Below are positions 1 through 10,057 of a stretch of DNA of 64,000 nucleotides, piece by piece. The notes beneath the pieces were generated by a model. That model was not told the DNA's origin, made no database searches, and saw nothing but the letters and a program-made list of their open reading frames with translations. Positions within the stretch are counted from its first letter, which is position 1. Every line of letters starts with the position of its first letter. The position numbers and the translations under genes are program-made. Source of the stretch: an uncultured candidate division Zixibacteria bacterium (GTDB lineage Bacteria; Zixibacteria; MSB-5A5; UBA10806); contig CAWFQL010000009.1 of the NCBI GenBank assembly GCA_963817915.1, forward strand, positions 160,001 through 224,000, read 5' to 3'.

Positions 1-115
1 CAAAATATTTGGGAAATACTTAAAAGGATGAAAAATGGACGCCGGAAATGCTGGGATAATTATATGATTTTAAATAGACTAAATAGTGCTTATTTTTATA
101 AATTGTGGCAATTTG

Positions 116-1027
116 ATGTCTGAAACCGTGTTTAAAATAATCGGGAGGTTTAATAATGTGCTGCAGTGGGCGCACGGGAAAATCTTCGTAAAATTCTCAA
201 AAAAGCGGCAATTGGCCGGTGAAGGGCATTTTGATAAAACCGGCATGCAAGCCAAAAGCGGCGAGCGGCTGCCTATATTTTATGAAGACGAAGAGATCTT
301 ATTTCCACTTTATCGAATGCTTCCTCATTCATTGGCTAGGGCGCAGGAATTTACATTATTTAAATTAAATCGCCACCGAATCAAAAGGCCTATGGCGGAT
401 TTCGGATGTGGAGATGGGTCTTTTGCCTCGGTACTATTTGAAGACATTGAATTTGGAATAGATAATGATCCGGAGGCTCTCGCAATTGCCAGAAAGGGTA
501 ATGCATATAAAAGACTAATATTGTCAAATAGTGAAGGCATCCCTTTAGCCGATAATTCCGTTAAAACCGTCATTTCTAATTCAGTACTGGAGCATGTCGA
601 TGAACTCGAATTGTTTTTGCGGGAAATCAATAGAATCTTGAATCCAGACGGGTTACTTATATTTTCAGTTCCGCTTATCCAATACAGAGAGCATTTGGCA
701 AAATATTTTGGGCGGAAAACCAGTGAGAGACTCAACAAGGAAGCTTATCATAGAAATCTTTTTTCATCAGAGGAATGGACTGATATTTTGAAACTGACTG
801 GATTCGAGCTCGTTTCGCAGACTCGTTATCAGCCTGACTGGTTCGTTTTCTGGTATCAAATATTGAGGTTGACCGGGAAGACCGGATTTGGATTGGTGAT
901 ACCAAGTCTTCCGGACATGGTTAAAAAGCGATACAAAGCTAAAATGATTGAGGCGATAAAAAAATCAATCAAATGCGGGGACAAAGGAGGAAGCGCATTT
1001 TTTATCGCAGAAAAGATAAAAAAATAA
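116..1027 (+). CDS. Class I SAM-dependent methyltransferase (Methyltransf_11-like), probably glycan-related
   Basis: DFGCGDG SAM-binding motif, SNSVLEHV and EINRILNPDG motifs; start uncertain (GTG 86, ATG 116 or a later ATG). Confidence 0.8.
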   Translation: MSETVFKIIGRFNNVLQWAHGKIFVKFSKKRQLAGEGHFDKTGMQAKSGERLPIFYEDEEILFPLYRMLPHSLARAQEFTLFKLNRHRIKRPMADFGCGDGSFASVLFEDIEFGIDNDPEALAIARKGNAYKRLILSNSEGIPLADNSVKTVISNSVLEHVDELELFLREINRILNPDGLLIFSVPLIQYREHLAKYFGRKTSERLNKEAYHRNLFSSEEWTDILKLTGFELVSQTRYQPDWFVFWYQILRLTGKTGFGLVIPSLPDMVKKRYKAKMIEAIKKSIKCGDKGGSAFFIAEKIKK

Positions 1028-1121
1028 TGACACTTTATATAGATATCATCAAAAGATTTTTATGAATACTAAGCATTATTAAACGATTCCCGTAAAGGCA
1101 ATGAATTTTAAGAGATAAACA

Positions 1122-2333
1122 ATGAATATTCGTTGGCTAAAAAGAACACGGATACTTATCAGGGCCGCCCTTAAGTATTTTATTCATATTGCCGGCTTAT
1201 TTTTTATAAAACCATTTATCAAATCAAAGACCGCGGAGTCTTTCAAGCCTGATGCTAAGTACAGAATTCTATATGTCAATCTCGCATATCGCGGAGATTT
1301 TATATTGAGCTTGCCTGCGATTAGAGCGATAAAGACACATTTCCCAAATTCACATCTAACGGTTTGGCTGCGAGAGTATAATTCACCACTGGCGAAGCTA
1401 GAGGCAACAATAGACGAATCCTTTTCATATGACAATTTTCATGGTCAACCTCTACATGAAATTATTGATCTTTTTTTCCGTAGTAAACATAATGCGTTAT
1501 TGGAAAGATTAAGTAATTTCGATATCTATATAGATGATTCAGGATATGCATTTACTTCAATCGCTGGATATTTGGCTCATATTAAATTCAGAGTAGGCAG
1601 AAATTTTCAGGGATTTGGTTTTTTAAATCATTTTGAACAACCATATGGCACAAATACTCAGTTGATCGAAAGAAGATTAACACTGCTTTCGCCCTTAAAT
1701 ATAAAATTGAAACTAAAAGATATTCAAAAGCCATTTTTTCTAATTGAAGATAAAGCGATATCCCAATGCCAAAGCAAGTATGGGCTTTTAGGGAGCAAAT
1801 ATTATACGGTACAAATGTTCGCTGGCTGGGCGGCCAAAAACTGGGGAATTGACAACTATTTGTATGTCGTGAACGAATTTTCAAAAACCAGCGGATTTAC
1901 ACCAGTTTTTATCGGATCAGAATCTGAACGTGAAATCATTGAAATAGCAATACGAAAAAATAATCTTAATGCCATTAATATTGCGGGCCGTGCCGCCCTT
2001 GATGAGGTCGCCGCGATAATTGCGGGTGCTGAAATTCATTTGGGCGCGGATTCTATTGGAGCTCAATTGGCGACAGCATTAAAGACAAGGAGTCTCGCAA
2101 TCTTCGGGCCCGTGAATCCAAGATTATGCATGTATTTGGGAGATCCGAATTACGGAATATTCAAAAAGACTTCATGTACGCCAAAACCGGATAAATTGTA
2201 TTGTTGTTTTGATGCGGGACGTAGCTGCAAACGGCTATATTGCATGAAAAACCTCAAAAATGAAGACGTATTAAAGGCACTTACCGATATCTGGTCGGGG
2301 GAAAAGCTGCCTTCAGTAATAGAGTTAGATTAA
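1122..2333 (+). CDS. Glycosyltransferase family 9 (LPS heptosyltransferase-like)
   Basis: GDFILSLPAIRAIK N-terminal motif, AKNW, GADSIGAQLA and AIFGP motifs. Confidence 0.88.
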   Translation: MNIRWLKRTRILIRAALKYFIHIAGLFFIKPFIKSKTAESFKPDAKYRILYVNLAYRGDFILSLPAIRAIKTHFPNSHLTVWLREYNSPLAKLEATIDESFSYDNFHGQPLHEIIDLFFRSKHNALLERLSNFDIYIDDSGYAFTSIAGYLAHIKFRVGRNFQGFGFLNHFEQPYGTNTQLIERRLTLLSPLNIKLKLKDIQKPFFLIEDKAISQCQSKYGLLGSKYYTVQMFAGWAAKNWGIDNYLYVVNEFSKTSGFTPVFIGSESEREIIEIAIRKNNLNAINIAGRAALDEVAAIIAGAEIHLGADSIGAQLATALKTRSLAIFGPVNPRLCMYLGDPNYGIFKKTSCTPKPDKLYCCFDAGRSCKRLYCMKNLKNEDVLKALTDIWSGEKLPSVIELD

Positions 2334-2370
2334 AATTGGCCTATTTATGCCAAATTAATCTAAATGCGAT

Positions 2371-2398
2371 TTGACAAACCCAAAAAGATTACTATATT
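2371..2398 (+). promoter_or_regulatory. sigma70 promoter of tRNA-Glu
   Basis: TTGACA-N16-TATATT, 13 nt before the tRNA. Confidence 0.7.
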
Positions 2399-2411
2399 CC
2401 GCCTTGCAGAC

Positions 2412-2485
2412 GTCCCCATCGTCTAGCTGGTCCAGGACACCGCCCTTTCACGGCGATAACAGGGGTTCGAATCCCCTTGGGGACG
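2412..2485 (+). tRNA. tRNA-Glu (TTC), CCA not encoded
   Basis: GTCCCCA/TGGGGAC acceptor stem, CTTTCAC anticodon loop, GGTTCGAATCC T-arm. Confidence 0.97.
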
Positions 2486-2495
2486 CTTTGAATTT

Positions 2496-2538
2496 ATTCC
2501 CGCAAGTTTATAATGGCCTTGCGGGAATTATTGTTTTA
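2496..2538 (+). terminator. Hairpin terminator after tRNA-Glu
   Basis: ATTCCCGCAAG...CTTGCGGGAAT followed by a T-rich tract. Confidence 0.6.
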
Positions 2539-2778
2539 TAAACGCATCGCACATTATAAAATATTTCAATGGTAGATTAATTCATTTTAAATAGTTAGTT
2601 CTATTGTGATTCAACGTCTCCAAGAAGCGCTCAAATTGCGGTGCTATTGAGTGAGAAGATCGGTCGATAAACAATATCCAATTTGGGTGAAAGACTTGCC
2701 GATAGCACGATTTTCCGGGAAATAAGAGTCTTTTACCGACTCGTGACTCCAGTATCTACAATTATATAAAAAAATCTA

Positions 2779-2837
2779 TTGACAATAATTGCGATTTTAT
2801 TATTTTGATAGTGTCGTCACTGGCAGTGGTGACAAGA
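2779..2837 (+). promoter_or_regulatory. Promoter plus palindromic candidate operator of trmB-1
   Basis: TTGACA-N16-TATTTT, then TGTCGTCACTGGCAGTGGTGACA imperfect palindrome just before the RBS. Confidence 0.6.
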
Positions 2838-2853
2838 AGGAGAAAGGATTTTG

Positions 2854-3696
2854 ATGCATCAAGATGATTCCTTAAACCAGCTATTAACCCTTGGATTGAC
2901 TACATACGAGTCAAAAGGATATCTGGCTCTGCTCCAAAAGCAATCTTCAACCGCATCCGAACTCGCTCGACTTTCAGGAATACCTCGAACAAGAATATAT
3001 GATGTCCTGGAACGGTTGACGTTGAATGGAATGTGCGTGGAGTTATTGGGCAAGGAAAAAAAATACCAGGCGGTGGCGCCGGATATCGCGCTTCAAAGAT
3101 TGGTAGAGCATCAAAAAACGGATATTCTATCAAAGGAAACCTTAGCCAAAGCATTAGCCCAAACATTAACAGATCATTTCAAAAAAGGCTCTACCAATAA
3201 TGACCCTTTGGATTATATCGAACTTCTTAGGGATCCGCAGCAAGTGGCCAGGAAGGTCATGCAATTGGTAAGCGAGGCCCAATCGGAAATACTTGCTTTT
3301 GTAAAGCCGCCATTTTCCAATCCAAAGAGAGAATTGGAAAAACAGAACGAGAAATCCATTCAGGCTTCGGCAAGGCATATCGCTATCAGGGCAATCTATG
3401 AAATTCCCAAAGGCGATGAAGAAGCGATCTGGATGCTTGGTCAAATTGAACGATCCGTGGAGTCGGGCGAACAAGCGCGGGTCATCGATAATCTCCCATT
3501 GAAATTGGTAATTGTCGATGAACACAAGGTGGTATTCGCGATGGAGGATTATCTCAAAACCAAAAGCCAGCAAACATCGCTATTAATTGAGCATCACGCA
3601 TTGGCTCAAGGCCTCAAAATCTTGTTCGAAACTTTGTGGGAAAAAGCCTGGGACTATAAAAAAATGGCGGTATATGCCGAATCGAAGCGCTCTTGA
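2854..3696 (+). CDS. TrmB-family transcriptional regulator (paralog 1)
   Basis: LGLTTYESKGY...SGIPRTRIYDVLERL wHTH; PLD-like effector domain ending LPLKLVIVD...FETLW. Confidence 0.92.
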   Translation: MHQDDSLNQLLTLGLTTYESKGYLALLQKQSSTASELARLSGIPRTRIYDVLERLTLNGMCVELLGKEKKYQAVAPDIALQRLVEHQKTDILSKETLAKALAQTLTDHFKKGSTNNDPLDYIELLRDPQQVARKVMQLVSEAQSEILAFVKPPFSNPKRELEKQNEKSIQASARHIAIRAIYEIPKGDEEAIWMLGQIERSVESGEQARVIDNLPLKLVIVDEHKVVFAMEDYLKTKSQQTSLLIEHHALAQGLKILFETLWEKAWDYKKMAVYAESKRS

Positions 3697-3782
3697 AAAA
3701 ATTCTATTTAATATCGAGTGGTCAACGAGAAAAATGGCTCAGCTTTCTCATTGAAGTTATGTAGTAAAGAAAGGGTAGTATT

Positions 3783-5987
3783 ATGAATAAATATTTAAGG
3801 TTGATTCCAATTTTAATATTTGGCTTGAATCTGTCCGCCATCGCTCAGAATGACTATGGGTTCCAGCTGATAGGCAGGGCGCTGCCAGGTGAAGCGTCAG
3901 CCTCACAAGTGATCGACAATAACTGCTATCTTGGTGCCGGGAATTGCCTCCAGATTTATAATATTGCCAATCCTTCGCATCCGATACCATTAGGTCAAAT
4001 TCCGCTTCAAGGACTTGTGGAGGATGTTTCCGTAATAAATAATCTTGCTTATATAGCCAATGGCACAAACGGACTCGTTATCGCCGATATTTCGGTGCCA
4101 TCGGAAATTCAAATTCGGGGCCAGCTGCAATTGACCGATGAGGCCTTCGGTATTCAGATTCAGGGCGATTATGCATTTGTGGCGGGCCTGAGTGCCGGAT
4201 TTGTCGCAATCGATATCTCCGATCCGTCCGCGCCATCACAAGTGGGTTCATTCCCGGTGGATTGGGCCGCTCTGAATGTTGATGTGCTAAATAATATCGC
4301 ATGTGTCGCCAGTGGGTATGGTGGATTATATATTCTCGATATCTCTTCGCCTTCCAACCCCACTCAATTGGGTCTGGTGGATACCCAGGATACTTGGGCG
4401 TATGATGTTAAAATCAATGATAATTATGCTTATATGGCATACTCGCTTGCTTCCGGAGGGGGAGGCTTGAAGGTTATTGATATTTCGAATCCCGCGGTCC
4501 CGGTAGTCCGATCAAACTTGTATATTGAAACCTCGTTGAGACGGATGGATTACAGTTCGGGGTATGTAGTCGCCGCGGGGGAAGACGGCGGATTGTTCGT
4601 AATCGAGGTCGCCAATCCTTACGCCCCGAGAGTTGTCGGCGGTTGGCACTATGGCTATGGGAATAATATCGATTATGCGAATAATCGAATTTATCTATCG
4701 GGCGGTAAAGAAGGATTGTACATTTTCAACGCCGCCAATATGAATTTCCCAAGTCTGCTATCAGCCACTCCAACATACAGCTCCAGCCAGGATGTCACCG
4801 TATCGGGGCAATACGCATATATAGTTGAACAGCCATCGGGATTGAAGGCAATAAATATATCTAATATTAGAATGCCGCTCGTGACCTACAGCAGACAGTT
4901 TTGCTGGGAAAATAATGCATATCAGGGAGTATCGTCCGGCGTCTCGGTAGTGGATAATAAGCTTTATGTCTCGGATTTTGCTGACATGTTGGGCGGACGA
5001 CATGATTTTCGCGCATATGGGTTGGATAACCCCGAACAGCCCGAATCATTGAGCGTTTATGGCAATCTTAATATCGGGGTCAGGGGACATGCTGTTAGAA
5101 ATGACATCGCGTATCTTTCGAATAGCAGCGATCTCAAAATTCTCGATGTCAGGAATGGCAGCAATATGCAATTGCTAAATACATTCAACGGCGGCTGGGA
5201 TTTCGCCTACGGCATGGATCTGGTTGGTAATTACATCTATGTAGGAACAATGGATACCGGGCTCAAGATATTAGATATAACCAATGAAACGCGACCGGAG
5301 ATAGTGGGCTCATTCGATACCAATGGCCAGACATTCACCGCGAAATACCATGACGGATATATTTATTTACCCGATTACGAGCAGGGGCTCCGAATTGTCA
5401 ATGTCGCCAATCCTGCCGCGCCATTTGAGGTCGGTCATTTCTCTACCTACCAAAATTGTGTCGATGTCGCCTTTATTGATACCAGAACAGATTCATATGC
5501 CATCGCCGCCTTTGATGATCAAATAGTGGCGCTGAATATCGCAGACCCATCGAATCCGGTTGAGGTCGGCTATTTTGAGAGCGGCGATCCGCGCAGACTT
5601 TGTACGCGGGGAGATACGATTTTTGTGGCAGATAGAATAGCCGGTTTGTACATATTTCTTTTAGACGTTCAGGTTGGAGTGACGGATGATCAAACCTCAC
5701 CGAAACCGGAATATTTGAATTCATTACGAAATTATCCAAATCCATTTAATCCGCAGACCACAATTTCATTCGATATGCCTGTCGGAAATTATCTAACCGT
5801 AGATATATACGACATACTTGGCCGTCACACGATTCGCCTCCTGGATGGATATACCGAACCGGGCCAGCACAGGATTATATGGGATGGCAAGGATTCACAC
5901 GGGAATCAAGTATCTCAGGGAGTGTTTTTCTATAAACTCTATACCGGAGGTAAGAGCTATACCGGGAAAATGATACTGTTGAAATAG
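3783..5987 (+). CDS. Exported LVIVD-repeat (beta-propeller-like) protein with T9SS/FlgD-Ig-like C-terminal domain
   Basis: Signal peptide; many repeats like AYIANGTNGLVIADISVP; tail NYPNPFNPQTTISF...WDGKD...KMILLK. Confidence 0.88.
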   Translation: MNKYLRLIPILIFGLNLSAIAQNDYGFQLIGRALPGEASASQVIDNNCYLGAGNCLQIYNIANPSHPIPLGQIPLQGLVEDVSVINNLAYIANGTNGLVIADISVPSEIQIRGQLQLTDEAFGIQIQGDYAFVAGLSAGFVAIDISDPSAPSQVGSFPVDWAALNVDVLNNIACVASGYGGLYILDISSPSNPTQLGLVDTQDTWAYDVKINDNYAYMAYSLASGGGGLKVIDISNPAVPVVRSNLYIETSLRRMDYSSGYVVAAGEDGGLFVIEVANPYAPRVVGGWHYGYGNNIDYANNRIYLSGGKEGLYIFNAANMNFPSLLSATPTYSSSQDVTVSGQYAYIVEQPSGLKAINISNIRMPLVTYSRQFCWENNAYQGVSSGVSVVDNKLYVSDFADMLGGRHDFRAYGLDNPEQPESLSVYGNLNIGVRGHAVRNDIAYLSNSSDLKILDVRNGSNMQLLNTFNGGWDFAYGMDLVGNYIYVGTMDTGLKILDITNETRPEIVGSFDTNGQTFTAKYHDGYIYLPDYEQGLRIVNVANPAAPFEVGHFSTYQNCVDVAFIDTRTDSYAIAAFDDQIVALNIADPSNPVEVGYFESGDPRRLCTRGDTIFVADRIAGLYIFLLDVQVGVTDDQTSPKPEYLNSLRNYPNPFNPQTTISFDMPVGNYLTVDIYDILGRHTIRLLDGYTEPGQHRIIWDGKDSHGNQVSQGVFFYKLYTGGKSYTGKMILLK

Positions 5988-6313
5988 AAGGAATGGTGTT
6001 TGCTCAGGCGAGTATTTAATTTCTGCGCATATCCCGAATAATCTTCTGTATTAACTTCTTAAAAGCAAAAAAGAGAATAATTCAGTCAAATGATTTCTCA
6101 AAATAAAATTCAGATTTCCGAAATACCGACAAGGAGGTGCGACGCTATAGATAATCTTTATCCTCGCATATTAGCCAAGAAATGGAAAGTGGAAATCAGG
6201 AAGAGTTAATGAGCTTAGGGGAGCCGTCACAAAGACCGAAATTAAGGCTCCCCGTAAGCCACCCTGACACAACAGGCTAACTTCACATTATATTGTATTG
6301 AAGGATTGATGCA

Positions 6314-9300
6314 ATGAAAAAGATTCTAATTTTTAGCAATATCTGCATAGCGTTGTTTTTGCTATCGGTAGTTTCTCAAGCAGATACGATTCTATCGACG
6401 GATTTTTCCGCGGGTCTGCCGTCAACCTGGACTCTGGTAGACAGCTCCGGTATGAATACCGCGCCTGCCGGACCAGATGGTTTTACCTGGTCAGATCAAA
6501 ACCCAGCCGGAAGGGCGCTCCCTTATACCAACGGGCTGTTTATGCTCTGCGATTCTGATTGGAATAGCAGTGCCACATATCGTGATATGATCATCACTCC
6601 CATCCTGGATTGCAGTAATTACACTGGAGTGACCCTTCAATTCGGAAACAATTTCCGTTCATACGGAGCGTCAAGAGCCGCGGTAGATATCCGAATTGCC
6701 GGCGGTGCCTGGCAAAATGTGGTGACATATTCGGTTACGACTAGTGAAAATACGACCATTAATATATCGTCGTATGCCGATGGTCAGAGCTCCGTTGAAA
6801 TTCGCTTCTTCTACTACGATGCTCTTTACGCGTACTGGTGGGGCGTAGATAACGTCTTAGTCACCGGTACTCCGCCACCGTCTGACGATGATATTTCCGC
6901 GGTTGCAATCGCAAATCCGGCCGGAACGATGTTTGTAAATTCCCAATATACGCCTCAGGTAACGGTCCTCAATGCCGGAACGGCTGCCCAGACATTTGAT
7001 GTAAATTTGGTAGTGACTAATTCCGTTCCAGAGCAGGTTTACAATCAGACTGTAACCGGAGTAACCTTGGATCCGGGTCTTTCGACAACTGTTAGCTTTA
7101 CTCCAAATTTCGCTCCCGCGACCGTAGACAATTATACTTTCACGGCTACTGTTCAAAATCCTGGGGATCAGAATCCGGGCAACGATGTCGTCTCGGCTGT
7201 CCGCAATGCGATCTTACATTATGGCGTTGGTGGCCCGGACGCGTTCGGCAATACCTGGAAAGATAATACTGTGGTTGGAGGACCCACCTTTAGCTACATC
7301 GATATTAGAAGCGGTGGTACTGTTATTGGCAATGGCGACGATACCGCATTTGGACCATTCCCTGTCGGTTTTGATTTCCCATTTTATGATGCGGCCTATA
7401 ACCAATTTTATGTTAATACGAATGGCTTAATTACCATGACCGCCTCTACCAACTCTCGAAATAATTATTGCCCAGTACCGGGTGCGGGAGAGGCCGCTTT
7501 TTGGATTACGCCATTCTGGGATGATTTGAATGTAAGATCGACCGATGGCGGAAATATGTATTATCAATTTTTCGATGCCGCGGTCGATTACGTCGTAATA
7601 CAATGGTATAATTTCAGTATCTATGGAGTTTATGGCGAACCAATGGACGCTGAAGCCATACTTTATGCCGACGGCAAAATTGTATTCCAATACAATCATG
7701 TCAATAATCTTGTCAGAGGACATGGACAATTGGCTACGGTTGGTATTCAGAAGGATGTTACTGACGGTTTGGCATATTTGTGCAATGACGTTCCAGTCGG
7801 TAATGAGTTGTTTTCGGGCCTCGCTATCGGTTGGTTCCCTCCGGTTATTAATCATGATATCGGAGTGACTACGATAGATTCGCCTGTTGCTCCTCTGGTT
7901 AAGACAAATGCTATCATGAATTTTGCCGCGACTTTCACGAATTATGGCATAAATCCGGAAACATTCGATGTCTATTTGGCGGTCAAAAATTCCGCGCTTG
8001 AGACTGTCTACGCAGATACGGTAGGGCTGACCATCGCAGTAGGCGGATCAGCTCAGGCCACTTTCACAGGCTGGGCAGCAACGATACCTGACAACTATTC
8101 ATTTACAGTCACAAACGGGCTTGTTGGAGATCAAAATGCCAACAACGATATGATCGCGCGTTCAATAAAGGCAGTGGATATGATTTCCATGCCTGTGAAT
8201 CAGGATTTTGAAGCAGAATTTCCGCCCGCGGGATGGACCATTCTCGACCGAAGCGGAACCAGCAGCTGGACCTGGACCAATAGCATGTATCGCAGTGCGA
8301 CTCACTCCGCCCAGGTATCATATGATTGGCTTCATAATACCGATGATTGGCTAGTACTGGCTCCGATTGACATGTCAGCGGGGACTAATATCAAATGGGC
8401 GTACTTTGAAGCTCAAGAACAATGGGCAACGCATGGCTTGAGACATTCGATGTACGTTTCAAATAGTATTTATTTTGATCCAGCTACCGCCACGCCGATT
8501 GCAATTCAAACTCCCGCGGATCACTCTATCGCCGGATTCGCTGGTGATCCGGTCGAATTCGATCTGAGCGGCTATGCAGGCAGCGCGAATGTCTGGTTGG
8601 CATTTCGTCAAGAGAACGCTCAAGGTCCCAATACCGAGTACTGGTGGATCGATGATGTGAGCGTTCTGAATGGTCTTAATGCCGATGCCGGACTTTATTC
8701 CATAGATTCACCGATTCGGGGAATTGTTCCTGGGTGCGATGCGCCTGTTAACGTGACAATCAAAAACTTTGGCCAGCAAATCCAGTCATTCGACGTGAGA
8801 GTCACTATCGATGGAGCAGCTTCAGGCAGAGTTTACGATAATGTGGTTCAGGCAGCCAACATCCCGCCCGTTACAGTACAAAGTATTCAATTCCCGAATT
8901 TTGTTAACCCAGCGGCAGATAGATATCTTTTAAGCGCAACCACAATGCTGACCGGAGATCAAAATACATCCAATGACGCGATGAGTGACAGCTTCTATGC
9001 GTCGACAGTCATATTGCATACCTGGGATGATAACTCCGCTGAAGGCTCATCCACTCCATATCCATTCAGCAATTCAATGATTGCGACCAGGTTTACTCCA
9101 TCAGATACCAATTTCACGATTTTGGGCGGCAATATTTATGTGAACCAATATTCTCCTGATGGCAATGATTACGCCGAATGGGAATGGGTAAAGATATGTC
9201 CCGAAGTCGCCGGCGCTCCCGATATCGATAACGCCTTTGGCACGATCAATAATCTCGGTACATACTTTGTCCCAGTCTTAATACCTGTGGATATACCTGA

Positions 9301-9820
9301 TACGGTGGTAAGTGATTACCACGGCCAAATTTGGATTGTCGCAAAATATTGGGATGGCGCGAACGATTTTCTATCGGTTGCTACCGATATCAACAAGCCA
9401 GATGGAAATTCATTTTTCAATCAAAATGATATTCCCGCGATATGGCGCCAGGTCACCGAAAGCGACTATATGATGCGAATCGAGCTAGAGTATCAAGCAT
9501 GCGGTTCGGTAGGAGCTTGCGACTATATTGACGGCGATGTCAATGGAAGCAATTCCTTCAATGGTCTCGATGTGACCTATAGTGTCAACTATTTCAAGGG
9601 TGGTGCGGCTCCGCTTTATTCTTGCGAATGCACACTGGGCAATACCTGGTTTGTATCCGGTGATGTCAACGGAAGCTGTTCCTTTAACGGCTTAGACGTA
9701 ACCTACATGGTTAATTATTTCAAGGGAGGAGCGGGTCCGATTGCATGTCCTGACTGCCCTCCAGCAAGATTGGGTCCGGCGGTTCAGCCGAAAATCGCGC
9801 CTGTCAACCAGTCCAACTAA
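6314..9820 (+). CDS. Large exported multidomain protein (adhesin-like, three CARDB-like Ig repeats, nidogen-like segment, C-terminal dockerin-like duplex)
   Basis: Signal peptide; three repeats ending GDQNxxND; DFEAEFPPAGWT; two GDVNGSxSFNGLDVTYxVNYFKGG motifs. Confidence 0.8.
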   Translation: MKKILIFSNICIALFLLSVVSQADTILSTDFSAGLPSTWTLVDSSGMNTAPAGPDGFTWSDQNPAGRALPYTNGLFMLCDSDWNSSATYRDMIITPILDCSNYTGVTLQFGNNFRSYGASRAAVDIRIAGGAWQNVVTYSVTTSENTTINISSYADGQSSVEIRFFYYDALYAYWWGVDNVLVTGTPPPSDDDISAVAIANPAGTMFVNSQYTPQVTVLNAGTAAQTFDVNLVVTNSVPEQVYNQTVTGVTLDPGLSTTVSFTPNFAPATVDNYTFTATVQNPGDQNPGNDVVSAVRNAILHYGVGGPDAFGNTWKDNTVVGGPTFSYIDIRSGGTVIGNGDDTAFGPFPVGFDFPFYDAAYNQFYVNTNGLITMTASTNSRNNYCPVPGAGEAAFWITPFWDDLNVRSTDGGNMYYQFFDAAVDYVVIQWYNFSIYGVYGEPMDAEAILYADGKIVFQYNHVNNLVRGHGQLATVGIQKDVTDGLAYLCNDVPVGNELFSGLAIGWFPPVINHDIGVTTIDSPVAPLVKTNAIMNFAATFTNYGINPETFDVYLAVKNSALETVYADTVGLTIAVGGSAQATFTGWAATIPDNYSFTVTNGLVGDQNANNDMIARSIKAVDMISMPVNQDFEAEFPPAGWTILDRSGTSSWTWTNSMYRSATHSAQVSYDWLHNTDDWLVLAPIDMSAGTNIKWAYFEAQEQWATHGLRHSMYVSNSIYFDPATATPIAIQTPADHSIAGFAGDPVEFDLSGYAGSANVWLAFRQENAQGPNTEYWWIDDVSVLNGLNADAGLYSIDSPIRGIVPGCDAPVNVTIKNFGQQIQSFDVRVTIDGAASGRVYDNVVQAANIPPVTVQSIQFPNFVNPAADRYLLSATTMLTGDQNTSNDAMSDSFYASTVILHTWDDNSAEGSSTPYPFSNSMIATRFTPSDTNFTILGGNIYVNQYSPDGNDYAEWEWVKICPEVAGAPDIDNAFGTINNLGTYFVPVLIPVDIPDTVVSDYHGQIWIVAKYWDGANDFLSVATDINKPDGNSFFNQNDIPAIWRQVTESDYMMRIELEYQACGSVGACDYIDGDVNGSNSFNGLDVTYSVNYFKGGAAPLYSCECTLGNTWFVSGDVNGSCSFNGLDVTYMVNYFKGGAGPIACPDCPPARLGPAVQPKIAPVNQSN

Positions 9821-9851
9821 TGCCTAATATCAAATAGTATTCGCTATGGGG

Positions 9852-9888
9852 AAGAGGGTCATCCGGAAACGGGTGGCCCTTTTTCTTT
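9852..9888 (+). terminator. Rho-independent terminator (copy 1)
   Basis: GGGTCATCCG-GAAA-CGGGTGGCCC plus T tract. Confidence 0.85.
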
Positions 9889-9994
9889 AAGGCTGGTCAA
9901 CTATTGAGATCAGTAGATCAGTCAGGACAGTATCATCTGATAATGCGGTGAGAAGGCAATTCCTTCCCTTTAAAACACTATTCTGCACTTTTAA

Positions 9995-10023
9995 TTGATT
10001 TTTGTTCAAACTGCATGTATAAT
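9995..10023 (+). promoter_or_regulatory. sigma70 promoter of trmB-2
   Basis: TTGATT-N17-TATAAT; GGAGGT RBS ahead of the TTG start. Confidence 0.6.
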
Positions 10024-10057
10024 GTCGCCCTGAATTGGATTTAGGGAGGTAATACAG

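Noticed and set aside
2439..2456. C-A mismatch at the top of the tRNA-Glu anticodon stem
   Set aside because: A single mismatch at this position is tolerated; the rest of the cloverleaf is canonical
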